Shown here: piece after piece, positions 9,461 to 18,447 of the stretch
Position numbering within the stretch: position 1 is the stretch's first letter
How the letters are laid out: each line of letters starts with the position of its first letter
Source: Acidobacteriota bacterium
Lineage (GTDB): Bacteria > Acidobacteriota > Vicinamibacteria > Vicinamibacterales > UBA2999
Direction: 5' to 3'
Length of the DNA stretch: 64,000 nucleotides
Assembly: GCA_046727855.1 (NCBI GenBank)
Contig: JBKPDL010000026.1
Location: 2,343 to 66,342, forward strand
Translations under genes and position numbers: made by a program
Notes under the pieces: model-generated
Told to the model about the DNA's origin: nothing
Database searches by the model: none
The model's input: the letters and a program-made list of their open reading frames with translations, nothing else

Positions 9461-10583
9461 TGACCGCTCCTTGCGACGATTCCCCTCCGATCCGCGCGGG
9501 CATGTCGATTGTGGCCAGCACGCCACGCTGATCCATGTTCCGCAACGTGAGCGCGGATCCTTCTCCCTGTGTGACGAGTCGCTCGTGGACATTGCGGAGG
9601 CCGAACCCGAATGCGTCTGGAGACCAGGCCTCGTCGAGCAGCGGGCCGTCGTTGTAGACGGAGACGCGAAGGCGGCCGTCGGCAAGTGCCGCTCGAACAT
9701 CCACAATCGCCGGCTCGACGCGGCGCGAGACGCCGTGTTTCAACGCGTTTTCAACGATGGGCTGCAGGATCAGCGGCGGAACGAGAGCTGAAAGCGCAGC
9801 CGGATCGATGCGCCAGGTTACGGTGAGGCGATCGCCGAAGCGTGTTTCTTCGATACGAAGGTAGCGTTTGAGATGTTCCAATTCGTCGTGCAATGGGATG
9901 AGTTCGGCGGTCTGGCGATCGAGCGTCAATCGAAGCAGCTCGCCCAGCTCAGCGAGAATCCGCATGGCGTGTTCGGTATTTCGTTGCAGGATCAGCGAGC
10001 CGATAGTGTGCAGCGTGTTGAACAGAAAGTGCGGCTGCAGTCGGGCCGTGAGCACTTGCAGCCGTGCGCTCACCAACTGCGATGAGAGCCGTAGTGCCTC
10101 GCGCTCGCGGGTGCGGAGTTCCTGGTTGGATCGCACCGCCGAAGCCACCGAGACGACAGCTGCGTACACCAACAGCTCGATATGAAAGTACGCGCTGAAG
10201 AGAAACATGACGTTCGCCCACAGCGGGCGTGCGCGATCCACGGCAGTGAACCAGGTCACCGTGGCTGGTAGATGCAACAACAGTTCATAGACCGCGACAT
10301 AAATGGCGACGACGGTGGCCGCTACAAGCATCGCCAGCGCGGCATGGCGCAGGAGGTTGGGCAACTTGTCGCCCTCGCGAACCGGCCAGCGCGCCGCCTG
10401 CGACCACGCAAGTGGTCCCAGAATCGCCCACGGGTACCAATGCGCCATCTGCAGCGCGAGAGTCGCAGCAAACGGTGTCGGCATCGACTCGGCGCGAAAA
10501 ATCACGTACAGCTGACTCGAGAAGAGCAGCGCCACGCCGGTCAGACCAGTCAGGAGCCACAATCCGGCACGCACTCGACTCAT
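9453..10583 (-). CDS. LytS/YehU-type sensor histidine kinase
   Basis: ATG at 10583 gives MSRVRAGLWLLTGL. There are about 5 TM helices, then LQPHFLFNTLHTIGSLI (His_kinase H-box) and an HATPase_c region (ILQPIVENALKHG). Confidence 0.85.
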   Translation of the reverse strand: MSRVRAGLWLLTGLTGVALLFSSQLYVIFRAESMPTPFAATLALQMAHWYPWAILGPLAWSQAARWPVREGDKLPNLLRHAALAMLVAATVVAIYVAVYELLLHLPATVTWFTAVDRARPLWANVMFLFSAYFHIELLVYAAVVSVASAVRSNQELRTREREALRLSSQLVSARLQVLTARLQPHFLFNTLHTIGSLILQRNTEHAMRILAELGELLRLTLDRQTAELIPLHDELEHLKRYLRIEETRFGDRLTVTWRIDPAALSALVPPLILQPIVENALKHGVSRRVEPAIVDVRAALADGRLRVSVYNDGPLLDEAWSPDAFGFGLRNVHERLVTQGEGSALTLRNMDQRGVLATIDMPARIGGESSQGAVSG

Positions 10584-10707
10584 ATGCCTAATCTCTGCAG
10601 CCTTACGCCCTACGAACGTAGTGGTCAGTCTGCGCCTGACGAAACACGATGGCGCGAGCGGCGACGCCGCCACGCCAGCGGTTCCTGCGCTGTCGCGGGC
10701 GGGACGT

Positions 10708-10858
10708 GGGAAGTTCCGCGGTTCTCACCTTCCGGAGTTCAGGTTGGGCGTTTCGGGGTTCCAGGCGTTGGGAATTCAGGAGTTCCAGAGTCGAACGCTC
10801 TGAACATCGAACCCAGCAACGTCGGAACTTCGAAACCTGCGAACCTAGGAACGCTGAG
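10708..10858. repeat. intergenic word array / imperfect hairpin (GTTCC-type words, then GAAC-type words)
   Basis: GGAGTTCAGG, GGGGTTCCAGG and GGAATTCAGGAGTTCCAGAG are followed by a central hairpin CAGAG-TCGAACG-CTCTG (10786-10802). After that come GAACATCGAACC, GGAACTTCGAAACC and GAACCTAGGAAC. Confidence 0.7.
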
Positions 10859-12005
10859 AGACGAGGCGCCAGAACTGCGGTTCGTTGAGCAGCGTAATCC
10901 GGTGCCCCTTCTCACGGAGCCGTTTCACCTCCATGAGCTTGCGGCCGGCGTCGCGGCCGGCGGCCTGCAGCGCGTTCGGCCGCCCGCGAACGACCACTGT
11001 GGTCAGCGTCGAGGGCGCGCCGTGCACGATCGCGCCGGCGCGACGCGCTGCCTTGACGGCCTCTGCACGGTGTCGCATCAGAATGCCGGTAAACGCCAAA
11101 TGCACGCCGCGAAGGGTCCTCAGCACGCCGGCTTTGAGCGGCGTCGGACGCGTACGCAGGGCTGCGATCAACTCGTTGGCCGTCTCGTACCGTTTACGGC
11201 GCTCGCCAAGGCAACGGTAGATGATTTCCTTCAACTGATCGCTGCACGAGAGAAGGCGCACGTCCCGCGTGCGAAGGCGCGCGGTTGCATTGCCCTTCAC
11301 GAGCATGCCGATTAGCTGGCCCACTTGATACACGTCGTCCCGCGCCTGCCATTTGGGAACGACCCCCGCCAGAATATCGCTCGGCGCCGTCAACGCGTTC
11401 ATCGTTCGTACCGTCACCCCACGACCGTCGCTTTGATGACGCGTGATGCCAAAATCACCGAGCTTCAACTGATAGTCGGCGCACACGAACACATTCATCG
11501 GTGTCAGATCGCGGTGCAACATTTGTCCGCGATGAAGCTTACCCAGCACCTCCAGGACCGCGGCGATCTCACGTCGCGCGCTTGCCTCCGACCACGGTTT
11601 GGCGGCGCGCTCCAGGAACGAGCTGAGATCGCCGTGCGGCGCGTACTCGAGCGCCAGGCAATAGAGCGCTCGCCCATCCGGTTGCATCAGCGGAAAGGCC
11701 TCAAACATCTGAATGGCGCGCGGATGTCCGTCCAAGAGTTGACCGAAGTAGGCCTCACGCATCCAGCCGTCGATCCGATCGCTGACCTTGATGCCGACCA
11801 CGGCGGGAATCTTGTTTGACGTGCCGAGCCGTCGCGCCAGGTAGACTTGACCGAAGCCTCCCTCGCCGAGCAGACGATCGACGCGATAATCCAGCTGCGA
11901 CTCGGGACTCGTGATCGTGTGGCCCGCCTCGAAGAAATCTCCGCGCCGGCGTGCGGCGCGCACCACTGTGGCCGTTCTTGTTACTGCGCGCGACGCACGG
12001 GTCAT
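10845..12005 (-). CDS. Ser/Thr protein kinase fused to a C-terminal BRCT-like domain
   Basis: ATG at 12005 (MTRASRAV). Kinase motifs are GEGGFGQVY, VGIKV, HRDLTPMNVF and LGDFG. The C-terminal roughly 90 aa (GVHLAFTGILMRHRAEAVKAARRAGAIVHGAPSTLTTVVVRG...ITLLNEPQFWRLV) resemble the LigA-type BRCT. Confidence 0.75.
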   Translation of the reverse strand: MTRASRAVTRTATVVRAARRRGDFFEAGHTITSPESQLDYRVDRLLGEGGFGQVYLARRLGTSNKIPAVVGIKVSDRIDGWMREAYFGQLLDGHPRAIQMFEAFPLMQPDGRALYCLALEYAPHGDLSSFLERAAKPWSEASARREIAAVLEVLGKLHRGQMLHRDLTPMNVFVCADYQLKLGDFGITRHQSDGRGVTVRTMNALTAPSDILAGVVPKWQARDDVYQVGQLIGMLVKGNATARLRTRDVRLLSCSDQLKEIIYRCLGERRKRYETANELIAALRTRPTPLKAGVLRTLRGVHLAFTGILMRHRAEAVKAARRAGAIVHGAPSTLTTVVVRGRPNALQAAGRDAGRKLMEVKRLREKGHRITLLNEPQFWRLVSQRS

Positions 12006-12042
12006 TCGGATCAGCATAGCGCGTTTACAATGTCGCAGGTGC

Positions 12043-12900
12043 ATGCGCGACCTTCTCACCGGCTACAGCCGCGCGTTGTATTCCAATTGGCTGTGGCATC
12101 GTCCGCTGCAGCTGCTCGTCGATGCGGGAGAAGGCGTGCACCTCGCGCTCGGCACCGAAGTGTTCGCGCCGTCGATCGTCGCGATTACGCATGGCCATTC
12201 CGATCACGTGCTCGGTCTGGCTGGCTTCGCCGGTGCGCGTCGATTCGGCAAAGGGGCAACGACCAAACCATGGACTGTGCTCTACCCTGCAGGATCGCCG
12301 GGCGTGATAGCCGCGCGCGATTTGATCGCAGCGCTGTGGCGTGGCGTCGAATTTCCGATCACCTGGACGGAAATCGAATCGGGCGACATGCATCGAATGA
12401 GCCAGCATCGCGCCATCGAAGCGTTCGCTGTGCAACACGTCGTTACCGAGCCGGCCGTCGGCTACCGCGTGATCGAGACGAGACGCCGGCTCAAAGCAGA
12501 GTACAGCGCAATGTCCGAACAAGAGATCGAGCCACTGGCAAGAACGCATGGACGTGACGCTCTGATGGAGGAATACAAACACGTGCTTTTCGTACACAGC
12601 GGTGATGCGATGCCGATCGACGTGAGCCTGACGCGCGGCGCCGATCTCCTGGTTCACGATGCCACCTTCCTATCGAGTAGCGAACGGCGCGATCCGACTC
12701 ATGCGACCACAGAGGAAGTGTTGCACGTTGCACGCGAGGCCGGCGTCCGCACGCTTGTCATCAATCACTTGTCGGTCCGATACGATCGAGCCGAGGCGCT
12801 GGGGCGACTTGCGCAACAGGTGCGGGACAGTGGATTCAGCGGTGACTGCTGGCTGCTGGATGAAGCGGAATTCCTGGCTCTCAGCCCGCGGCGCGGCTAA
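12043..12900 (+). CDS. MBL-fold metallo-hydrolase (RNase Z/ElaC-like)
   Basis: ATG at 12043 (MRDLLTGYSRALYSNWLW). It carries the HxHxDH motif ITHGHSDHV and downstream His/Asp ligands (LVHDATF, INHLS). TACAAT lies at 12026-12031, 11 nt before the ATG. Confidence 0.8.
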   Translation: MRDLLTGYSRALYSNWLWHRPLQLLVDAGEGVHLALGTEVFAPSIVAITHGHSDHVLGLAGFAGARRFGKGATTKPWTVLYPAGSPGVIAARDLIAALWRGVEFPITWTEIESGDMHRMSQHRAIEAFAVQHVVTEPAVGYRVIETRRRLKAEYSAMSEQEIEPLARTHGRDALMEEYKHVLFVHSGDAMPIDVSLTRGADLLVHDATFLSSSERRDPTHATTEEVLHVAREAGVRTLVINHLSVRYDRAEALGRLAQQVRDSGFSGDCWLLDEAEFLALSPRRG

Positions 12901-13020
12901 AGGCGCGCCCTCTTGCCCCCCCGGCGGGGAAAGCCCGCCATAACCCTTTCCGCTGTGCCGGGGCAAAAGCCCCGCCACGACCCTTCCGCTGCGGCGAGGC
13001 TAAAGCGCCGCCACGACGCT
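12890..13020 (+). repeat. tandem array (about 36-bp unit, 3-4 copies) of a stem-loop + GCCACGAC element
   Basis: GGCGGG-GAAAG-CCCGCC-ATAACC (12923-12945). GGGGC-AAAA-GCCCC-GCCACGAC (12960-12981). ..GGC-TAAA-GCGCC-GCCACGAC (ends 13017). The inter-unit segments CCCTT(T)CCGCTG are also conserved. Confidence 0.75.
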
Positions 13021-13038
13021 GATAGAATTTCCAACTTC

Positions 13039-13335
13039 ATGTCCTCATCTCTTTCCCGCGAGGAGGTCCTGCGGATCGCCTCGCTGGCGCGGCTCGAACT
13101 CACGGCCGACGAAATCGAGCTCTTCACACGGCAGCTCGCGGCGATTCTGGAATACGTCGCCCAGATCCGCGACCTCGACACCTCCGGTGTGCCGCCAACG
13201 TCGCACATCCTCAATCAACCAATCGATCGCGATGACCAAGCCGCGGATTCGTTGCCGCGCGATGCCGCGCTCGCCAACGCGCCGGAGGCGGCCCGCCACG
13301 CCGGCCTCTTCAAAGTGCCGCGAGTGTTCGGATGA
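13039..13335 (+). CDS. gatC: Asp/Glu-tRNA amidotransferase subunit C
   Basis: The internal ATG at 13039 gives [40 protein letters not shown], a classic GatC sequence. It overlaps the gatA start by 4 bp. Confidence 0.9.
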   Translation: MSSSLSREEVLRIASLARLELTADEIELFTRQLAAILEYVAQIRDLDTSGVPPTSHILNQPIDRDDQAADSLPRDAALANAPEAARHAGLFKVPRVFG

Positions 13336-14804
13336 CGCCGACGGATCTCACCGCCACGGCGCTCGCCGCACGCATCGCTGCACGAGAGATCACGGCTACA
13401 GAGGCATGCCAGGCGGCGCTCGACCGCATCGCGCGACATGATGGCGGGCTGCACGCCTTTCACACTGTTGTCGCCGACCGCGCGCTCGCGCGTGCGAAGA
13501 CGCTCGACGCGGCCCAGGCGGCGGGAACCCCGATCGGTCCTTTGCATGGCGTGCCCGTTGCGCTCAAGGACAACATGTGTACGCGCGACGTGCTGACCAC
13601 CGCTTCGTCCCGCATCCTGGAAGGTTTTGTGCCGCCCTACGACGCAACCGTCGTGCGCAGGTTGGAATCGGCGGGGGCGGTGATCGTCGGCAAGACCAAC
13701 CTCGACGAATTCGCAATGGGATCGTCGACCGAGAACTCGGCGTTCGGACCGTCTCGAAATCCGTGGGCCACCGATCGCACGCCCGGGGGATCGAGCGGCG
13801 GATCGGCCGTTGCCGTTGCGGCCCGCATGGTGCCGGCTGCGCTCGGCTCCGACACCGGAGGCTCGATTCGTCAGCCGGCCGCGCTCAGTGGAGTTGTCGG
13901 CCTGAAGCCGACGTACGGACGGGTGTCGCGCTACGGACTGCTGGCCTTTGCTTCCTCACTGGATCAGATCGGCCCGCTGACCAGGACTGCGGAAGATGCC
14001 GCGCTGCTGCTAGAGGTGATAGCCGGCGCCGATGCAAATGATTCCACCGCTGCGGCGCGCCCGGTCCACGCCTATCGTGCGGCCTTGACTGGCGAGGTCA
14101 AAGGATTGCGCGCCGGCGTGCCGCGAACGGTGCTCGCCGAAGGCGTTGACGTCGAGGTCCTGCGCGCGTTCGACTCCGCCATTGACGCGCTGCGATCGAA
14201 CGGCGTAGAGATCATCGACGTCGATCTCCCGCATGCGCGGTATGCGATTCCGATCTACTACCTCATCGCAACTGCGGAAGCCTCGTCGAATCTCGCGCGC
14301 TACGACGGTGCGCGCTATGGCCTGCGCGCGCCGCTCGGCAAGGATGCCACTCTGGGGGCGATGTACGACCGCACGCGCGACCAAGGGTTTGGCGCCGAGG
14401 TCAAGCGCCGGATCATGCTCGGCACCTACGTGCTCAGCCACGGCTATTACGACGCGTACTATCTCAAGGCACAGCAGGTGCGCACCCTCGTGCTGCGCGA
14501 TTACGAACTCGCATTCGAGCGAGTAGATATCGTGGCGATGCCAACGGCGCCGACACCGGCGTTCAGGTTGGGAGAGAAAACCAGCGATCCGATTCAGATG
14601 TATCTCGCCGACGTGTTTACGGTGAGTGCGAACCTTGCTGGATTGCCGTCGATCAGCATCCCCTGCGGCTTCTCACAGTGCCGTCTTCCGATTGGACTGC
14701 AGTTGACCGGCCGGCCGTTCGACGAAGCCACGCTGCTCCGCGCCGCGGATGCGTTTCAGCGGGAGACGGACTGGCACGAGCGGCGGCCGGATCGTCTGGT
14801 GTAA
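13332..14804 (+). CDS. gatA: Asp/Glu-tRNA amidotransferase subunit A
   Basis: 490 aa with the amidase signature [13 protein letters not shown], and [11 protein letters not shown]. Confidence 0.95.
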   Translation: MTPTDLTATALAARIAAREITATEACQAALDRIARHDGGLHAFHTVVADRALARAKTLDAAQAAGTPIGPLHGVPVALKDNMCTRDVLTTASSRILEGFVPPYDATVVRRLESAGAVIVGKTNLDEFAMGSSTENSAFGPSRNPWATDRTPGGSSGGSAVAVAARMVPAALGSDTGGSIRQPAALSGVVGLKPTYGRVSRYGLLAFASSLDQIGPLTRTAEDAALLLEVIAGADANDSTAAARPVHAYRAALTGEVKGLRAGVPRTVLAEGVDVEVLRAFDSAIDALRSNGVEIIDVDLPHARYAIPIYYLIATAEASSNLARYDGARYGLRAPLGKDATLGAMYDRTRDQGFGAEVKRRIMLGTYVLSHGYYDAYYLKAQQVRTLVLRDYELAFERVDIVAMPTAPTPAFRLGEKTSDPIQMYLADVFTVSANLAGLPSISIPCGFSQCRLPIGLQLTGRPFDEATLLRAADAFQRETDWHERRPDRLV

Positions 14805-14810
14805 GCGGCC

Positions 14811-14830
14811 GGTCTAAAGACCGCCACGTC
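14811..14830 (+). repeat. dispersed stem-loop + GCCACG(T)C element
   Basis: GGTC-TAAA-GACC-GCCACGTC, lying between the convergent gatA and acyl-CoA synthetase stops. Confidence 0.6.
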
Positions 14831-14836
14831 ATGTGA

Positions 14837-16408
14837 TTACTGGGCTGCGATCCCCGGTTTGCCGCCGCGCAGCACGTACTTCCGGATTTTGCCCGTTGCG
14901 GTTTTCGGCAGCTCGGCGACGACGGTAAAGCTGTGCGGCACCTTGAAGTGCGCCATGTGTTCGCGACAGAACGTGCGCAGCTCACCGTCAGCCAGCGTCG
15001 CCCCTGACTTGGCGACAATCCAGGCATGCGGCGCCTCGCCCCATTTCGCGTCGGGCAGGCCAACGACGGCGGCTTCCTGCACCGCTGGATGTCGAAGCAG
15101 CATCGCCTCCACTTCGACCGACGAAATGTTTTCGCCGCCGCTGATGATGACGTCTTTCAAGCGGTCGCGGATCTCAACGTACCCGTCCGGATGCACAACG
15201 GCGGCATCGCCGGTATGAAACCAGCCACCGCGAATGACAGCGGCGGTCGCATCGGGGTCATTGAAGTAGCCTTCCATTACGACGTTGCCGCACACGACGA
15301 TTTCGCCGAGCGTGGCGCCATCGCGAGGGACCTCGTTGCCGGCTTCGTCGACCACGCGCAGCTCGCCCGACGTGATCAGCTCGACGCCCTGCCTCGCTTT
15401 CACCACGGCTCGCTGCTGCAAGGACAACGCCTCGTGTTCCGGGCGAGGCTCACACACGGTGATGAACGGCGCGGTTTCGGTCAACCCGTAGACATGCGTC
15501 ACGTTCCAGCCGAGACCTTCTTCCAAGCGCTGGATCGTGACGGCCGCCGGCGGCGCACCGGCAGTGAGCACCCGAACCCCGCGTGGTGCGCCTGCCTTCA
15601 CCTCGTCGGGTGCGTTTGCCAGCCCAATCAACACGGTGGGCGCGGCACAGAGCATCGTGATCCGCTCTTCGCGAATCAAACGGAATACCGCGGCGGGTTC
15701 GACCTTGCGCAAGCACACATGGGCCGCGCCGGCTGCGGTCACGATCCACGTGAACGTCCATCCATTGGCATGGAACATCGGCAGCGTCCACAGGTATCGA
15801 TCGGCTGGGGTCATGGCCACATGCACGAGCGTGCCCACCACGTTCATCCACGCATTGCGATGCGTGATCATCACACCCTTCGGACGCGACGTCGTGCCGC
15901 TGGTGTAATTGATCGTCAGGAGCTCGCCTTCGCCGATGGCCGGCCGAGCGACGTTGCCGCTTGCGTTGCGGACGAGCTCCTCGTAATCCAGCCACCCGTC
16001 CCGCGCGCATGAGAGCGCCACAAAGTGCCGCACCCCGGTCAGATCGCGACGGATCGCGTCGACCGCATCGAGATGGTCGCGATCCCCGCACACGACGACG
16101 GCGCCGCTGTGCTGAATCAGATATTTGAAATCGTCGCCGACGAGACGGAAGTTGATCGGGACAAGCACCGCGCCGATCTGCGGCACCGCGTAGAACGATT
16201 CGAGCTGCGCGTGCGTGTTAGGTGCGATGTAGGCAACGCGGTCGCCCTGATGAACGCCTAGCGCCTGGAGCGCGGACGACACGCGATCGCAGCGCGCGAA
16301 GAACTCCCCGTACATCCAGCGCGCTGCACCATCGATCACGCCCTCGCGATCGCCGTAGAGCCGCCGCGTTCGGCGCATGAACTCGAGTGGAGTGAGAGGG
16401 ACGTTCAT
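14837..16408 (-). CDS. AMP-dependent acyl-CoA synthetase/ligase
   Basis: 523 aa with the AMP-binding motif INYTSGTTSRPKGV, YGLTET and GWFHTGD. Confidence 0.9.
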   Translation of the reverse strand: MNVPLTPLEFMRRTRRLYGDREGVIDGAARWMYGEFFARCDRVSSALQALGVHQGDRVAYIAPNTHAQLESFYAVPQIGAVLVPINFRLVGDDFKYLIQHSGAVVVCGDRDHLDAVDAIRRDLTGVRHFVALSCARDGWLDYEELVRNASGNVARPAIGEGELLTINYTSGTTSRPKGVMITHRNAWMNVVGTLVHVAMTPADRYLWTLPMFHANGWTFTWIVTAAGAAHVCLRKVEPAAVFRLIREERITMLCAAPTVLIGLANAPDEVKAGAPRGVRVLTAGAPPAAVTIQRLEEGLGWNVTHVYGLTETAPFITVCEPRPEHEALSLQQRAVVKARQGVELITSGELRVVDEAGNEVPRDGATLGEIVVCGNVVMEGYFNDPDATAAVIRGGWFHTGDAAVVHPDGYVEIRDRLKDVIISGGENISSVEVEAMLLRHPAVQEAAVVGLPDAKWGEAPHAWIVAKSGATLADGELRTFCREHMAHFKVPHSFTVVAELPKTATGKIRKYVLRGGKPGIAAQ

Positions 16409-16609
16409 CAGGCTTCAGATTTTAGATCTCAGATTGATCGGCGAAACGCTTCTCGCAATTTCGCGGATGCGGCAGCGAATGATCCTTGCGCCTGATTTCG
16501 GCCGGCGCGAGGATGAGCAGACCGACTGGACAGAGCGAGTTCATCAGCGGATTGTAGCGCCGGACATCGGCAAGCTGCCCAACGGGCGGACTTTGCGCGT
16601 TCGGGGGAT

Positions 16610-16930
16610 TTACGCCACCGCCGGCGGACGCCGGACGATGGCCCACAGGACCAAGGCGAACAGGATGAGTGGTGCGAGCGGCAGCACGATCGCAGCGAGG
16701 GCCGCAAGGAGACCAACGACCAGGATTACCGGTAAAGCGATGGTGACAAGCGCGAGACCTACAGCACCGAACGTGAGCCCAACCGGGATCCACAGGAGCT
16801 TGAGGATCAGCCGGATCGGGAAAAACACCGCCCAGAGAACGAGACGCAGCACGAAGAACACGAACCCGAGCACAACCGCGATCGAAATGCCCACCACAGC
16901 CAGCATCGCCAGCATGAAGAGCGTGATCAC
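16610..16930 (-). CDS. small polytopic membrane protein, unknown function
   Basis: 106 aa, almost entirely hydrophobic (3-4 TM). The GTG start at 16930 is preceded by GGGAGGG 6 nt upstream. Confidence 0.55.
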   Translation of the reverse strand: MITLFMLAMLAVVGISIAVVLGFVFFVLRLVLWAVFFPIRLILKLLWIPVGLTFGAVGLALVTIALPVILVVGLLAALAAIVLPLAPLILFALVLWAIVRRPPAVA

Positions 16931-17082
16931 AGTAACCCTCCCAAAAAAGAAGATACGGGGAACGGGAGGGAGGGGTTCACTCTCCGGTTGCCAGTTGCCG
17001 GGTCAAAGTTACCGAGTCAGCTAACTCGAAACTGAGAACGCAGCCGTAAGCTGGGAAACTGCTAACTGGAAACTATTCAGAT

Positions 17083-17367
17083 CTAGCGAGTATCGAAAAC
17101 CGCCTTGAAATCCGGCAGGTCCCACTCGACCAAGCCATTGCGGACTTCGGCCATGGCGATGCGCTCGGCTTTGGTTGGCCGGCCGGCCGTCTCGGCGTCC
17201 TGCGCGTCGCCGAGCCGTGGCCTCGCACCTCGGCGCAGCTGCTTGGCGCGGAGCGCCGACACGTCCACGTATAAGAAACGGCTTTCAATGGGCGGCGCCG
17301 GCTCTCGCGGGATCCGGCTTTCCTCCGCCGCAGGGGCCTCTACCTGCTGGACTTCCTCATCAGACAT
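17083..17367 (-). CDS. rpoZ: RNA polymerase omega subunit-like protein
   Basis: SRFLYVDVSALRAKQLRRGARPRL ... KAERIAMAEVRNGLV follows the RpoZ/Rpb6 pattern (NRF-LV-VAARRARQ.. / IALREIEEGLI). It has an acidic N-terminal extension. Confidence 0.65.
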   Translation of the reverse strand: MSDEEVQQVEAPAAEESRIPREPAPPIESRFLYVDVSALRAKQLRRGARPRLGDAQDAETAGRPTKAERIAMAEVRNGLVEWDLPDFKAVFDTR

Positions 17368-17397
17368 AGCCTTTCAGTCTATTACAACGATGCAGGG

Positions 17398-17742
17398 CTA
17401 GTCACGTTTTACGAAAATCCCTATGAACCAGGAGATGACGCTGGTAGCCAGCGCGCCCAGGATGGCCGCCGTCGTGGAGGCAATCTGAAAGCCGGGCACG
17501 AGCGCGGCGGCCAGGCCGAACGCGAGGCCGTTGACAACCAGATAAAACAGACCGAGCGTGAGCACCGTGATAGGGAGCGTCAGGATCAGCAGAATGGGCC
17601 TGACGATCGCGTTGACGAGCCCGAGAACCACAGCCGCTATGGCGAGCGCGCCCCACGACGAGAACGTCACGCCCGGCACAATCATGGCCGTGAGCCACAG
17701 CGCGAGAGCGACGACCACGGTGTGTACCAGAAAACCAAGCAT
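17398..17742 (-). CDS. phage-holin-family (Phage_holin_4_2 / YvlD-like) 4-TM membrane protein
   Basis: 114 aa. FLVHTVVVALALWLTAMIVPGVTFSSWGALAIAAVVLGLVNAIVRPILLILTLPITVLTLGLF is typical of this family. Confidence 0.7.
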   Translation of the reverse strand: MLGFLVHTVVVALALWLTAMIVPGVTFSSWGALAIAAVVLGLVNAIVRPILLILTLPITVLTLGLFYLVVNGLAFGLAAALVPGFQIASTTAAILGALATSVISWFIGIFVKRD

Positions 17743-17756
17743 CGGTTGATCGTAGC

Positions 17757-17797
17757 CGGAAAAAGAAAAGGACCAGAGCCCAATTGAGCCCTGGTCC
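17757..17797 (-). terminator. intrinsic terminator of the dnaK-hsp20 operon
   Basis: The minus strand reads GGACCAG-GGCTCAATTGGGCT-CTGGTCC followed by TTTTCTTTTTCC. Confidence 0.75.
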
Positions 17798-17883
17798 TAT
17801 TTGCACGGTCAGCGATTAGCCCTTCAGGCTCTCACCCGCTTCGACCTGACATCTGACACCTGATCCTGAGACCTGACACCTGT

Positions 17884-18330
17884 TCAGGCCACTTCGACGT
17901 TGATCGTGCGCGGCTTGGCTTCCTCGCGGAACGGCAGCTTCACAGTGAGCACGCCGTTCTTGTACTCCGCACCGACCTTCGTCGGGTCGACCGTGACGGG
18001 CAGCGAGAACGTGCGCACGAAGCTGCCATAGGCACGCTCCACGCGGTGGAAGTTCTCCTGCTTGATGTCCTCAGAGAGCTTCCGCTCGCCGCGAATCGTC
18101 AGCGAGTTGTTCTCGACCGTCAGCTCGATGTCTTCGCGCTTCATGTCGGGGAGCTCCACTTTCATCACGAGCTCGCCGTCAGCTTCGTAAATGTCAACGG
18201 GTGGAACCCAGGTGCCACGATTCATCAAATGATCTTCCTGTCGGTTGCTCCACGCATCGTTGAACATCCGGTTCATGCGGTCCTGAAGCACTGCCAGATC
18301 ACGAAATGGATCGAAACGAACAATCGCCAT
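17884..18330 (-). CDS. Hsp20/alpha-crystallin small heat-shock protein
   Basis: 148 aa with alpha-crystallin domain WVPPVDIYEADGELVMKVELPDM...AEYKNGVLTVKLP. Confidence 0.9.
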   Translation of the reverse strand: MAIVRFDPFRDLAVLQDRMNRMFNDAWSNRQEDHLMNRGTWVPPVDIYEADGELVMKVELPDMKREDIELTVENNSLTIRGERKLSEDIKQENFHRVERAYGSFVRTFSLPVTVDPTKVGAEYKNGVLTVKLPFREEAKPRTINVEVA

Positions 18331-18349
18331 TGCTTGCCTCCCTGACGGC

Positions 18350-18371
18350 GCGGCTCAAGCCGCGCCACGAC
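18350..18371 (+). repeat. dispersed stem-loop + GCCACGAC element
   Basis: GCGGC-TCAA-GCCGC-GCCACGAC, in the dnaK-hsp20 spacer. Confidence 0.6.
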
Positions 18372-18447
18372 GTTTGGTCACCGCTCGCCAGTCAACGGTC
18401 GACTGGAAGAGCGCGCTTCCTGTCGACCGGCGACCGGCGACTGTTTG

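Noticed and set aside
16422-16544. 40-codon minus-strand ORF (MNSLCPVGLLILAPAEIRRKDHSLPHPRNCEKRFADQSEI) just upstream of the acyl-CoA synthetase gene, considered as a leader peptide or small protein.
   Set aside because: It has no RBS and no recognisable motif, and it is embedded in a longer Arg-rich shadow ORF. Support is insufficient.
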